From: Melioribacteraceae bacterium | GTDB lineage: Bacteria > Bacteroidota > Ignavibacteria > Ignavibacteriales > Melioribacteraceae | Length of the DNA stretch: 64,000 nucleotides | Assembly (NCBI GenBank): GCA_963678275.1 | Contig: OY782765.1 | Location: forward strand, 3,047,700-3,111,699 | Reading direction: 5' to 3' | In this document: one piece after another, positions 48,926 to 59,143 of the stretch | How the letters are laid out: each line of letters starts with the position of its first letter | How positions within the stretch are numbered: the first letter of the stretch is position 1 | The notes under the pieces: model-generated | What the model was told of the DNA's origin: nothing | Seen by the model: only the letters and a program-made list of their open reading frames with translations | Databases searched by the model: none | Program-made: the position numbers and the translations under genes

Positions 48926-49873
48926 CTAACCTTTATCTATTTCAAAAAGGGAACTGATCGACCTGTTTTCGAAAGAACGTTTTATCGCTTCGGCAAACAG
49001 TTCGGATGCAGTCCTGATCTTTAACCAGCTATATTTATTCTCAAATTTCAGTGGAATTGTATCGGTCGCGTATAACTCATCAATACCCGATTTTTCCAGT
49101 TTCTCCAGAGCGTCGGCCGAAAAAAGAGGATGTGTAACCGCTCCATAAACAGCCCTGGCTCCTTTGGCTTTTAATGTATGCACGGTAGCGGCGAATGTTC
49201 CCCCGGTATCAATCATATCATCAACAATAAGAACATTTTTCCCGTCAACTTCACCAATAACATGCATAATCTTCATTTCATTTGCCCGCGGCCGCCGTTT
49301 ATCTATTACAACCAGTCCCGCGTTAAGCCTTGTGGCATATGAACGGGCCAGTTTTATCCCCCCCATATCGGGAGAAACAACCACAAGATTATCCAGGCGG
49401 TTTTTAAATACCGAAGTGAATATACTCGATCCGTAAAGATGATCAAACGGTATATCAAAAAATCCCTGTATCTGTGGCGCGTGAAGGTCCATCGCAATAA
49501 CCCTGTCCGCTCCGGCTTTCGCAATCAGGTTGGCGACAAGCTTGGCTGTAATCGAAACCCGAGGCTGGTCCTTTCTGTCCTGACGGGAATAACCAAAATA
49601 TGGGGTTACCACTGTCACTCTTTTGGCTGCCGAACGTTTGGCGGCGTCAACCATTATAAGGAGTTCAAGCAGATTTTCAGCAGGCGGCTGAGTGGGCTGT
49701 ACTATATAAACATCGCGCCCCCTGATATTCTCCTGATATTTTACCCATATCTCACCATCTTTAAACGTTTTTATATCAACCGAACCAGGCTCAATATTTA
49801 AATATCGGGTGATTTTATCAGTTAATTCAGGATTCGATCTTCCTGAAAATACTCGAGGCTTTTTGTCGGGCAT
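48926..49873 (-). CDS. prs: Ribose-phosphate pyrophosphokinase
   Basis: The motifs FSGRSNPELT, YFGYSRQDRK, DLHAPQIQGFF and VLIVDDMIDTGGT are present. Confidence 0.92.
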   Translation of the reverse strand: MPDKKPRVFSGRSNPELTDKITRYLNIEPGSVDIKTFKDGEIWVKYQENIRGRDVYIVQPTQPPAENLLELLIMVDAAKRSAAKRVTVVTPYFGYSRQDRKDQPRVSITAKLVANLIAKAGADRVIAMDLHAPQIQGFFDIPFDHLYGSSIFTSVFKNRLDNLVVVSPDMGGIKLARSYATRLNAGLVVIDKRRPRANEMKIMHVIGEVDGKNVLIVDDMIDTGGTFAATVHTLKAKGARAVYGAVTHPLFSADALEKLEKSGIDELYATDTIPLKFENKYSWLKIRTASELFAEAIKRSFENRSISSLFEIDKG

Positions 49874-49976
49874 GGCCTTATTAATTTATGATCTTTATTT
49901 TATAGACAGATTTCAAATATACTGAAAATAATATGTTAAGTCAAATTAAGGAATCCTGCCAAAACTCCGCGTTATC

Positions 49977-51683
49977 CTATTTTTTCACAAGATACCTTTT
50001 AATTTTCTGGGTAGTCGTTTTTTCAAATTCCGAGTCCCTGATGTGGAATTTTTTTATCTGCTTGTAACCGGCAAGGTTTTTATTCGCTTTTTTAACCTCT
50101 TCGGCAATTAATTTATTCATTAATTCATCGGTGATCTTGATATTATTCTCTTCTGAATAAGCGATAAATGTCTCGGCGTCAACAACCACCTGTACCGCGA
50201 TCACCTCATCCTGCTTTTCATCTTCCTCGCCATATACCATCGATTCAAGAATGTAAGGACTCCTGTTTAAAATATCCTCTATTTCCTCGGGAAAAACATT
50301 CTTGCCGCTTCGTGAAATTATAACATTTTTTTGCCTTCCCTGAATGTGAAGGAATCCATCTTTATCAATAAATCCCAGGTCGCCGGTTTTAAACCAGCCA
50401 TCTTCGAATGAATCATTTGTCAAATCATCATTTTTATAATAACCAAGCATAACATTGCCGCCTTTGGCCCATACTTCACCTACTCCATCGGCGTCCGGCT
50501 TATCAATTTTTATTTCAACACCGGGCAAAGGAATGCCTGCCGCGTTATCCTTAAAACTGTTCAGCCTGTTAAGAGCAAGAATTGGTGAGGTCTCGGTCAA
50601 CCCGTAACCCTGTAAAAAATTGAATCCGAATTCCCTCAAACCTTTTGCCACCTGGGGATCGGGCGCCGCTCCGCCGGCAATAAATATTCTCACGTGTCCT
50701 CCAAACCGGGCGTGAAGCTCTTTGAATAATTTTTTCTTAAGCCCTTTCATCCCGAGTAGAGAAGTGAAATTGGTAAGCTTAACAAGATTGGGCACAAGAA
50801 GAGACTTTACTTTATCTTCCGAAATACCTTTCATTATACGCTTGAACATCTTATCATAAAGCAGCGGAACACCAAGCAGAATGGTGGCCTTTATCTTCTG
50901 AATATCGTCAACTATTGTTTTAAGTCCCCTCGCGTAATGAACCGATGATCCCGCGTAGAGCGGACATAACATTCCGCAGGTGCATTCATAAGTATGATGA
51001 ATCGGAAGAACAGAAAGGAACCTGTCATCAGGATACATCATCAGCATGCTGACCATTGCCACAAGATTGGCGGCAAGATTCCCCTGGGTAAGCATTACTC
51101 CTTTGGCGCGCCCGAGCGATCCCGAAGTAAATATGATTTCGGCCATCGCTTTAGGATCAATCTCCGGAAGCTCTTCAACCGGCTGAGGATCGGCCTTTGT
51201 TATCAGATCGACCATGCATAAAATTTCATCTTCAGGGCATTCACTATCCATGGATATAAACTTCTTCACCCTTTTAAGTGAAGAATGTTTCTCCCTGAAA
51301 AGAGGAGCGAACGTATCAGAAAATATCACCGCTTCCGAATCTGATTCATGAATGATATTTAATATTTCATTTGAAGTGAGCTTCATATCAATCGGGACGA
51401 TAACATAATTGAAACACATCGCGGTCAGAAAGGTCATCGCCCACTGGACACGGTTTTCACCTATGACTGCTATATGAGTCCGTTCCTTCAGTCCCAGGCT
51501 GTTAAGAGCGGAACCGAATTTTAAAATATTCTGAAGCAGTTCATGATAAGTAAGATTCCCTATCGGAGTTTTGTTTAGATCCTCCAACGCAAGTTTATCA
51601 CTGTACTCCTTCGCACTAAGGAGCACCATGTCCTGTATTGAGGAAATTTCCGGCACATCATAAAGATCAGTCACATTACCCAT
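49977..51683 (-). CDS. AMP-dependent synthetase/ligase (long-chain fatty-acid--CoA ligase-like)
   Basis: The AMP-binding motif is IIFTSGSLGRAKGVMLT. The motifs GYGLTE, TGDLG and the C-terminal KIKR are also present. Confidence 0.85.
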   Translation of the reverse strand: MGNVTDLYDVPEISSIQDMVLLSAKEYSDKLALEDLNKTPIGNLTYHELLQNILKFGSALNSLGLKERTHIAVIGENRVQWAMTFLTAMCFNYVIVPIDMKLTSNEILNIIHESDSEAVIFSDTFAPLFREKHSSLKRVKKFISMDSECPEDEILCMVDLITKADPQPVEELPEIDPKAMAEIIFTSGSLGRAKGVMLTQGNLAANLVAMVSMLMMYPDDRFLSVLPIHHTYECTCGMLCPLYAGSSVHYARGLKTIVDDIQKIKATILLGVPLLYDKMFKRIMKGISEDKVKSLLVPNLVKLTNFTSLLGMKGLKKKLFKELHARFGGHVRIFIAGGAAPDPQVAKGLREFGFNFLQGYGLTETSPILALNRLNSFKDNAAGIPLPGVEIKIDKPDADGVGEVWAKGGNVMLGYYKNDDLTNDSFEDGWFKTGDLGFIDKDGFLHIQGRQKNVIISRSGKNVFPEEIEDILNRSPYILESMVYGEEDEKQDEVIAVQVVVDAETFIAYSEENNIKITDELMNKLIAEEVKKANKNLAGYKQIKKFHIRDSEFEKTTTQKIKRYLVKK

Positions 51684-52254
51684 TTGTAAATATCCTTTTT
51701 TTAGAATAATAAGAATACTATCTTTTCAAAATAAGAAATATTTTCGAAAAAGTTAAATATAAAATTCAGGGCAGGCAAATTATAAATACAATGACAGACA
51801 GAAACCCTTATTGAAATGAAAGCCGATTTTCCAGGATTATTAAGTCCCGGGTATGTGGATAGTCGTCAGAGAGTAGTTATTTTAATTAATGATAACCAAA
51901 GTGGCCCCGTAGTCAGACAGCCAAATTTCAAATTGTATATTGATTAATCCCCATAATCATTTACTCAGCTTTTCGTGGTATTTTGTGTGTTCGTGATTTT
52001 GTGGCAATTTTCCTTCGCGCCCCTTGTTCCTTCACCGCGTTCCTTGTGGTTGGACTTACCGGTCACTAAGCCGGCCAGGCCAGAACCAAATGAAAACTCA
52101 GAAAAAAAGTCGTAATCGTCCCTGCGTTCGGCTTCCCTCTTATCGCCCAAAATCCCGCCAATCCCGCTGTAATAGAACTACTATTCCGGGGAATATAAAA
52201 AAAGCGCCATGCAAAAACATGACGCTTCTAATGAACAACTAAATGTTAAGTATA

Positions 52255-53727
52255 CTATTTATTCTCTTCCGCTATCTCTGAAATGATACCTTTCACCAAT
52301 TCCCAGAATTTTTCAACATCAGGAATATTTACCATCTCGGCGGGTGAGTGGGCATTCTGTATTGTGGGACCGAATGAGATCATATCCAGCTCGGGATCAA
52401 GCGCGCCGAGAATACCGCACTCAAGACCGGCGTGAATAGCTTTCATTTCAGCCTCTTCGCCAAATTTTTTCTTATAAAATTCGCGGGAAAATTTCAGCAG
52501 TTTTGAATCAAGATTCGGCTGCCAGCCCGGGTATCCGTCACCGGTTGAAATTTCTTCCGCTCCGGCAAGATCAAGAACCGCCTTCACTATATTGGAGGCT
52601 TCAACTTTGGCCGGTTCCACCGAACTCCTCTGGCTTGTGCCTATTCTCAGAATATCCCCTTCTGTAAAAATAGTGGCGAGGTTAGTTGAGGTTTCAACAA
52701 GTCCTTCGATATCGGGACTCATAGCGAGTATTCCATGAGGCATAGCGAGAATTACATCAATAATTTTGCGTGTGAATTTCTTGCGGAATACTTTCTTTGG
52801 TTTAACCTCAAGTTTTGTCAGAGTCGCCTCCAGACCGCCATCATTAACTTTGAACTCAAGCAAAGTATCTTCAACAAACTGATCGATTATTTCTTTGGCT
52901 TTCTCTTCGTTAACAGGGTCGATCATTATCTTTGCTTCCGCTTCGCGGGGTATCGCGTTTCTTTTTGAGCCGCCGTTTATCTCAGCGATTCTGAATTTTA
53001 GTACTGAAAGACGATTGAGCAGTTTGCCGATAAGTTTGATAGCGTTAGCTCTTCCATTCGCTACATCCAGCCCTGAGTGACCACCCTTCAGACCGGTAAC
53101 CATCAGCTCGTATGTTTCGAGTCCCGGCTTGGGTTCAGTATACTGAATATCAAAAAGCCCGACAGTATCCAGCCCGCCTGAACAGCCGATATAAAATACG
53201 CCATCCTCTTCACTATCGAGGTTCAGCATCATTTTACCGGTTATAAAACCTTTTTCCAGGTTATTCGCTCCTGTAAGACCGGTTTCTTCATCAACGGTGC
53301 ATAATACTTCGAGAGGGCCATGTACAAAACTGTCATCGGTTACGGCTGCGAGTCCCGCCGCCACTCCAATTCCGTTGTCCGCGCCGAGTGTGGTGCCGTC
53401 CGCTTTCAGCCAGTCCCCGTCCCTGATAAGTTTTATCGGGTCATTATCAAAATCATGCACGGTGCCTTTATTCTTTTCACATACCATATCAACATGCCCC
53501 TGTATAACAACAACAGGAACATTTTCATAACCGGGAGTAGCGGGAATTTTCATAACAATATTGCTTACCTTATCCTCTTTCATCTCAAGGTTATGTTCTT
53601 TAGCGAATTTTCTAAGATACTCTACAACTTTTCCTTCATTTTTTGAAGGTCGTGGAATTTGACTGATTTCATAAAATCGCTGCCAGAGAATTTCCGGCTT
53701 TAATCCTTCTATAGCTGCTTTACTCAT
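52255..53727 (-). CDS. pepD: Aminoacyl-histidine dipeptidase (M20C, PepD-like)
   Basis: The motifs LKPEILWQRFYEISQIPRPSKNE, QGHVDMV, TTLGADNGIG and TVDEETGLTGA are present. Confidence 0.88.
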   Translation of the reverse strand: MSKAAIEGLKPEILWQRFYEISQIPRPSKNEGKVVEYLRKFAKEHNLEMKEDKVSNIVMKIPATPGYENVPVVVIQGHVDMVCEKNKGTVHDFDNDPIKLIRDGDWLKADGTTLGADNGIGVAAGLAAVTDDSFVHGPLEVLCTVDEETGLTGANNLEKGFITGKMMLNLDSEEDGVFYIGCSGGLDTVGLFDIQYTEPKPGLETYELMVTGLKGGHSGLDVANGRANAIKLIGKLLNRLSVLKFRIAEINGGSKRNAIPREAEAKIMIDPVNEEKAKEIIDQFVEDTLLEFKVNDGGLEATLTKLEVKPKKVFRKKFTRKIIDVILAMPHGILAMSPDIEGLVETSTNLATIFTEGDILRIGTSQRSSVEPAKVEASNIVKAVLDLAGAEEISTGDGYPGWQPNLDSKLLKFSREFYKKKFGEEAEMKAIHAGLECGILGALDPELDMISFGPTIQNAHSPAEMVNIPDVEKFWELVKGIISEIAEENK

Positions 53728-53748
53728 TTTAACTCCTTTTCTGGAATA

Positions 53749-54831
53749 TTAACTATGCCGTATATTTAAAATATCACCATCTCTTACGATGTATTCTTTT
53801 CCTTCCAAACGCCAGACTCCGGCTTCTTTGCACTTACTCATCGATTCATGCTCTATAAAATCTTCGTAATGCACAACCTCTGCCCGGATAAATTTATTGT
53901 AAAAATCTGTATGAATCACCCCCGCCGATTCCTGCGCGGTATAATTCTTTTTAATTGTCCACGCGCGGCACTCATCTTCACCTACCGTAAAAAATGACTG
54001 CAGGCCGAGGGCTTCATAACTCGCGCGTAAAATTTTGCTTAAAGCCGACTCTTCAATTCCATAATCTTCCATAAAAACCGCGCGGTCATCTTCATCGAGC
54101 CCCGCCAGCTCATTTTCAATTTTCGCGAAAAAAGGTATTATCATAACCCCTTCAAGATTGAGCGAATTTTTAATTTCTTCAACCTGTTTTTCCGCTGTGT
54201 CTATCGATCCTTCATCAAAGTTAACAGCCGCAATAAGAGGCTTCATCGTTAATAGCTGGTATCCTCTCAGAGCTTTCATTTCATTCTCGCCAAGTGCAAG
54301 TGTTCTCAGTGGTTTTTCCTCCTCAAGCCAGGATATACACTTTTCAACAACAGGAATCTCCCTTTTCAGCTCATCACTTTTTATCTTCATCGCGTCCTTG
54401 CGCAATTTCTCAAGGCGGTTTTCAAAAAATGCCAGGTCGGTTAATAAAAACTCCGTTTCCAAAAATTGAATATCCCTGACCGCGTCAATTGTATTCATCG
54501 GGTGGGGAACCGTATCACTTTCAAACTGCCTGATAACATAAAAAAGAGCGTCATTATTTTTAGCGCTGTTAAGGAATGAGCTTGTTATTTTCACCTTTCC
54601 GTCATCCGACATTTTCAGGCCGGGAAAATCAAACACTTCTATCGTGGCATTTATCTGCTTTTTGGGTTTGAATATCGCTGTAAGTTTATCCAGTCTTTCG
54701 TCGGGAACCTTAACCACCTCAACCACCGCTTCTTCACTGCTGCTGAAACCTTCCTCTTCGGCTGCTCCGGAAAGTGTTCTGAATAAAGTAGACTTGCCCG
54801 AAAACTGTAAACCAACCAATCCTATCTGCAT
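53749..54831 (-). CDS. ychF: YchF/OLA1-like P-loop NTPase
   Basis: The P-loop is GLVGLQFSGKSTLF. The C-terminal TGS-like region is FFTVGEDECRAWTIKKNYTAQESAGVIHTDFYNKFIRAEV. G1 differs from the canonical GLPNVGKST. Confidence 0.75.
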   Translation of the reverse strand: MQIGLVGLQFSGKSTLFRTLSGAAEEEGFSSSEEAVVEVVKVPDERLDKLTAIFKPKKQINATIEVFDFPGLKMSDDGKVKITSSFLNSAKNNDALFYVIRQFESDTVPHPMNTIDAVRDIQFLETEFLLTDLAFFENRLEKLRKDAMKIKSDELKREIPVVEKCISWLEEEKPLRTLALGENEMKALRGYQLLTMKPLIAAVNFDEGSIDTAEKQVEEIKNSLNLEGVMIIPFFAKIENELAGLDEDDRAVFMEDYGIEESALSKILRASYEALGLQSFFTVGEDECRAWTIKKNYTAQESAGVIHTDFYNKFIRAEVVHYEDFIEHESMSKCKEAGVWRLEGKEYIVRDGDILNIRHS

Positions 54832-54853
54832 AATCTTATCATCTTAAATTAAT

Positions 54854-55141
54854 TTACGAAACTACCTGGGTATGAAGCGCTATCTCCTCAAGCACCGAGG
54901 ATACCTTCAGGCATTTGCTTAATTCACCGCTGAATACAACAGCTTTTCCCTTTACATGCACTTCAAATGAAAGTGAACGCGCCTTTTCAAAATTACAACC
55001 GGTGGCCTTCATAAGCTGTTCAATCACTTCATCAAATGTATGCCAGTCATCATTATAAAGTATTACTCTGAATAACATCATTGAATCGGTTGATTCATCT
55101 TGTTCGCTATGTGGCAACCTGGTTGTTTTTTCTGTCTGCAT
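54854..55141 (-). CDS. clpS: ATP-dependent Clp protease adaptor ClpS
   Basis: FRVILYNDDWHTFDEVIEQLMKATGC..KARSLSFEVHVKGKAVV is a ClpS core. Confidence 0.85.
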   Translation of the reverse strand: MQTEKTTRLPHSEQDESTDSMMLFRVILYNDDWHTFDEVIEQLMKATGCNFEKARSLSFEVHVKGKAVVFSGELSKCLKVSSVLEEIALHTQVVS

Positions 55142-55814
55142 CCTGCTTCGGGAATAACTGTTTCAGAAGTTATTCTTTAAAGATAAGCATTATAAGAAAA
55201 ATTGTGAAGTAAACTAAGATATTTATTTCTGTAGAGACAAGGTATGCCTCGGGGAAGTTTTCCCTCCCGCCCCACAAAACGGCTTCGGCGGGTAAAAAGA
55301 ATGATTTATGAAGTTTGAAATGATAAATTAACAATTCGGGAAATATTACAGGATCATTTTTTTGAAAGAGAATCACATAGGAGACTCTGTGTTTTGGGAG
55401 TTTTCTACCAATATGTTATCCCTGACTGGATAAATAACTCTATTACCATAAATTGCCCCGTTAGGGGCAAAATATTGGTAAAAAAAATTTACAAGGAAAA
55501 ATCATGTGTGCCGCAGGTACACCATATTCAGCGCACCGGGGAATTTGTCATCCTGGTTTTGCGGTGATTTCTTTGAAAAGCTTCCATAACAATACATGAT
55601 TGTATTGCGTATCGCAGTTCGTCCAATCTCATCCCGCTAATTTCTGAACCTTGATTAAAGGATTTTATGATTACCCTGATTAAAAAATCGGTATTGCGTT
55701 CGCTATCGGTATCGTTTTTTCAAAATGTTCGGTACGGAAACCAAAACAAAAACAATTCCTCTTTTCCTCCTCAATGTTGCCAAATATTCCAGGATATAAA
55801 ATTATCCAACCCCT

Positions 55815-55842
55815 GTAGAGACAAGGCATGCCTTGTCTCTAC
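55815..55842. repeat. Perfect 28-nt palindrome GTAGAGACAAGGCATGCCTTGTCTCTAC, 3 nt after the carbonic anhydrase stop
   Basis: The palindrome is self-complementary over its full length. A half-copy (TGTAGAGACAAGGTATGCCTCGG) lies near 55240. No U-tract follows it. Confidence 0.7.
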
Positions 55843-55845
55843 GCA

Positions 55846-56457
55846 TCACAGTATCTCTTCAGGCGAAGTAACGCACATATCCAAATCCCTAATGATCCCG
55901 TCTTCAAGGCTGTATATCCATCCATGCACCGCGAGTTCCTGTCCCCTCTTCCAGGCATTTTGCACAATTGTTGTCCGGCATACATTAATCACCTGTTCCC
56001 TGATATTAAACTCACAAAGCATATTTCTTCTTTCTTCAGCGTTTTCACCTTTCCCTATCTTTTCCTCATGTAACCGGTAAACATCTCTTATATGCTGAAG
56101 CCAGTTATCAATCAGTCCGTGATCATTATCCTCCATCGCCGCGGCCACTCCTCCGCAGCCATAATGCCCGCATACTATTATGTGTTTTACTTTCAGCGCT
56201 TCAACGGCATACTGGATAACCGAAAGTATATTCAAATCTGTATGAGACACCACATTCGCGATATTGCGGTGGACAAAAATCTCCCCCGGCGGCAGATCAA
56301 CTATCTGGTTGGCAGGAACACGGCTGTCCGAACATCCTATCCAAAGATACTCCGGATTCTGCTGTTTTGAGAGTTCCTTAAAAAATCCGGGGTTCTTAAC
56401 TTCAATTTCTTTTGCCCATTTTTTATTTTGCTCAAAAAGATTCTTCAATACTCTCAT
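55846..56457 (-). CDS. Beta-class carbonic anhydrase
   Basis: The motifs CSDSRVP and HYGCGGV are present. Length is 203 aa. Confidence 0.88.
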   Translation of the reverse strand: MRVLKNLFEQNKKWAKEIEVKNPGFFKELSKQQNPEYLWIGCSDSRVPANQIVDLPPGEIFVHRNIANVVSHTDLNILSVIQYAVEALKVKHIIVCGHYGCGGVAAAMEDNDHGLIDNWLQHIRDVYRLHEEKIGKGENAEERRNMLCEFNIREQVINVCRTTIVQNAWKRGQELAVHGWIYSLEDGIIRDLDMCVTSPEEIL

Positions 56458-57101
56458 AGCGCGCTCGCTTTCATTTTTATTAAAGATTACGCCGCAACTG
56501 AATAAAAAGTTTCATGAATATCAAAAAATATCGCGCGATATTTCCATTACCCCTGAATGCCGGAAACAGATAACCAGGAAAATCTTTTTGATTTCAGCAA
56601 CAGAGATCGCGGGATTATCTCCCTATATCGAACTGAAGTTAATTTTTGTAATTATTCCATAAGAAGTTAAATTCAGCGCATAATGGCAAAGTTTTTTCGT
56701 ACACATGGAACATCCCCCTGGGGGCGAAGCGGCACTCGTAATCGTCCTCGTTCTAGAATAACCTGGGCATTTTGAAAAGACGAGTAAGAAGCACGATTAC
56801 GAGAACGAGTACGATTCATTTATTTGGATTTGTTTTCCGGCTCTGCCGGTTTATTTATTAAGGCCGGGTAAGTTTAAAGATAGGCCTGCATTTTTGAATA
56901 AAGGAAAACCTCCTCCCCAAAAGAGACTGCTCTCAGCTTAATGATTTTTTACCGTCCCCGGAGGGGGCGAAGACGAATAACCACGGGCAGCCTTCGAAGA
57001 CGGCGGCCCGTGGAGGAGACCAGAGAAAAAACGACACCTCCGAATGGGAGCGAACCGGTTCTTATGTTGACAGCATTGCCCCAAAAGGAGAAGGCTTATA
57101 A

Positions 57102-57686
57102 TTATTTTGGTGTCGGGTAATTGCCCTCAACACAAATAATAAAGCTCACACAAAGAGAAGGCTGGCAAAGCGGCAATGCCTGGCCGCCTCCGGCAGATTC
57201 AACTTGAACGGAATAATCTCCCGATTTTGTGATTGTCACATCAACTTCACCCATATCCGCATTAAAAGAATTATAATAAACAGGAGCGCCCGACGGGGCC
57301 GGCCCGAAATAGCGGTTCTCAGGGTCTGTGTTTCCTGCTCCCATGCCCTTAAAACATCTTTGCACGGCTGTGCCTGAATATGACACTTGCGTAAGAGTGG
57401 GAGTATGAGTATGAGGGTAGATTTCCGATATTTCCAGTTTCCTTTCCTCATCGCCAAAATATCTGCCCAGGTAGGCGAGACCATTTGCTATAACCCCGAG
57501 GGGAGATCTTCCTCGTAAATCGGGAAGCTTGAAGTTAGTTCTTCCATCTCCGCCAAAAGTATTGGAGAGGATCGAAAAAAGGACCCCTTGCTGCGATATA
57601 TTTAATGTTTGCCCGGCGCATATCATCCATTTTTCGGGAGCGTAATTGCCGGCGAACATCCTGATTTCACCTATAGTTCCTTCCAT
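57102..57686 (-). CDS. Phage tail collar domain protein (MdpB-like), paralogue 3 of 3
   Basis: The sequence runs MEGTIGEIRMFAGNYAPEKWMICAGQ..FGGDGRTNFKLPDLRGRSP..PHTHTP..QPSLCVSFIICVEGNYP. GGAGGAA lies upstream of the ATG at 57686. Confidence 0.85.
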   Translation of the reverse strand: MEGTIGEIRMFAGNYAPEKWMICAGQTLNISQQGVLFSILSNTFGGDGRTNFKLPDLRGRSPLGVIANGLAYLGRYFGDEERKLEISEIYPHTHTPTLTQVSYSGTAVQRCFKGMGAGNTDPENRYFGPAPSGAPVYYNSFNADMGEVDVTITKSGDYSVQVESAGGGQALPLCQPSLCVSFIICVEGNYPTPK

Positions 57687-57767
57687 AATTCCTCCGAATA
57701 TCACATCTTATTTTATTTATTTTCATTTTCGACTATATTTATTGATAATTATACCTTTTTCCCTGCG

Positions 57768-58361
57768 TTAACTCCTGTGCGGCCAGTTTCCATAAACGCA
57801 GATAATAAAATTGATAACCAGTGAAGGCTGCAAAAGAGAAATCATTTCACCCTCGCCCGATTCGTCCAGTTTCAGGCTGTATTCGCCCGATTTGCTCAGC
57901 TCAACATTCAGTGGCGCCATATCAGCGCTGTCGGTATCATAATATATTGGAACGGCAGAGGGCGCCGGACCGGGATAACGATTTTCCGGATCGGTATCGC
58001 CTGTTCCAAATCCTTTATAGCACTTCTGAATCGCTTTTCCTGAATAAGCCGGCCCGGTAATAGTTGTTTCATGTGTATGTGGCGGGAAGTTTTTTAAAGG
58101 AATAAATATTTCCTCCCATCCCTTAATTTCTCCAAGGTGGTTATCCGAAAGTCCCGCTCCGTGGCCCCATCCGTAAGGAACCCGTCCCCTGAAATCGGGC
58201 AGTTTAAAATTAACATATCCGTCTCCGCCATAAGTAGTGCCGAGAAGGGCAAATAGTTTGGGATTTTGGACAATCTGAACCTCCTGTCCATCGCAAAAGG
58301 CCCAGTTGCGTGGAGCATAGTCCCCGCTAAACATTCTTATTTCTCCGTAATATCCTTCCAT
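57768..58361 (-). CDS. Phage tail collar domain protein (MdpB-like), paralogue 2 of 3
   Basis: The sequence runs MEGYYGEIRMFSGDYAPRNWAFCDGQ..YGGDGYVNFKLPDFRGRVP..PPHTHET..QPSLVINFIICVYGNWP. GGAGGAAAA lies upstream of the ATG. Confidence 0.85.
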   Translation of the reverse strand: MEGYYGEIRMFSGDYAPRNWAFCDGQEVQIVQNPKLFALLGTTYGGDGYVNFKLPDFRGRVPYGWGHGAGLSDNHLGEIKGWEEIFIPLKNFPPHTHETTITGPAYSGKAIQKCYKGFGTGDTDPENRYPGPAPSAVPIYYDTDSADMAPLNVELSKSGEYSLKLDESGEGEMISLLQPSLVINFIICVYGNWPHRS

Positions 58362-58513
58362 TTTTCCTCCGGATTTAGCTGTTTATTGTTTCCATAATTT
58401 TCTTATTATTTTTTTCTGATATTATTTTTCTTTTGCTTTTCTGCCTTTAAGCTTACGATTGGAATAACGGAATTTATTCATCCTCTAGTATCGGCTTAAA
58501 TTATTTTAACGGA

Positions 58514-59107
58514 TTATGGACGCGGCGGCCAGTTGCCCTCAACACAAATAATAAAATTGAGCGCGAGGGCAGGCTGAAAAGGTCCAAATTCAGAAGATGA
58601 TTCGGTATAATCCACATCAGTTTTATAATCGCCGGTTTTAGTTACCTGGATATCGACGGCACCCATAACGGCGTTTTCCGTATCATAATATACCGGCGCG
58701 ACTGATGGAGCCGGTCCGGGATACCGGTTTTCAGGATCTGTAAATCCGGGGCCAAATCCTTTAAAACACCTCTGGCTGGCCGAGCCGCTGTAGGTTGGCG
58801 CCGAAACAGTAGCTGTATGCGTGTGGGGAGGAATCTGATCCCAGCTAATCCTTTCCGAAAAGTTCCCGAAACTGTGACCGAGCACCCTTGGGGATAATCC
58901 TGTTCCAGTGCCCTGGCCGACAGGTATACGCCAACTGAAATCAGGCAGACAAAAGAAATTATGTCCATCACCGCCAAATCGGGTGCCTATTAAAGAAAAC
59001 AGCTTCGAATGCTTATTAACGTGCAGCGACTGCCCTCTGCAGAACATCCAGTCACCTGGCGCGAACTTGCCCGCAAAGATTCTTATTTCACCATAATATC
59101 CTTCCAT
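58514..59107 (-). CDS. Phage tail collar domain protein (MdpB-like), paralogue 1 of 3
   Basis: The sequence runs MEGYYGEIRIFAGKFAPGDWMFCRGQ..FGGDGHNFFCLPDFSWRIP..PPHTHTA..QPALALNFIICVEGNWP. GGAGGAAAT lies upstream of the ATG. Confidence 0.85.
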   Translation of the reverse strand: MEGYYGEIRIFAGKFAPGDWMFCRGQSLHVNKHSKLFSLIGTRFGGDGHNFFCLPDFSWRIPVGQGTGTGLSPRVLGHSFGNFSERISWDQIPPHTHTATVSAPTYSGSASQRCFKGFGPGFTDPENRYPGPAPSVAPVYYDTENAVMGAVDIQVTKTGDYKTDVDYTESSSEFGPFQPALALNFIICVEGNWPPRP

Positions 59108-59143
59108 ATTTCCTCCGGAATTTGTTTTACTGTTTTTGGGTTT

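Noticed and set aside
55667-56080. 137-aa and 81-aa plus-strand ORFs overlapping the carbonic anhydrase gene
   Set aside because: They are antisense to a gene with clear beta-CA motifs (CSDSRVP, HYGCGG). The products are low-complexity with no family resemblance.
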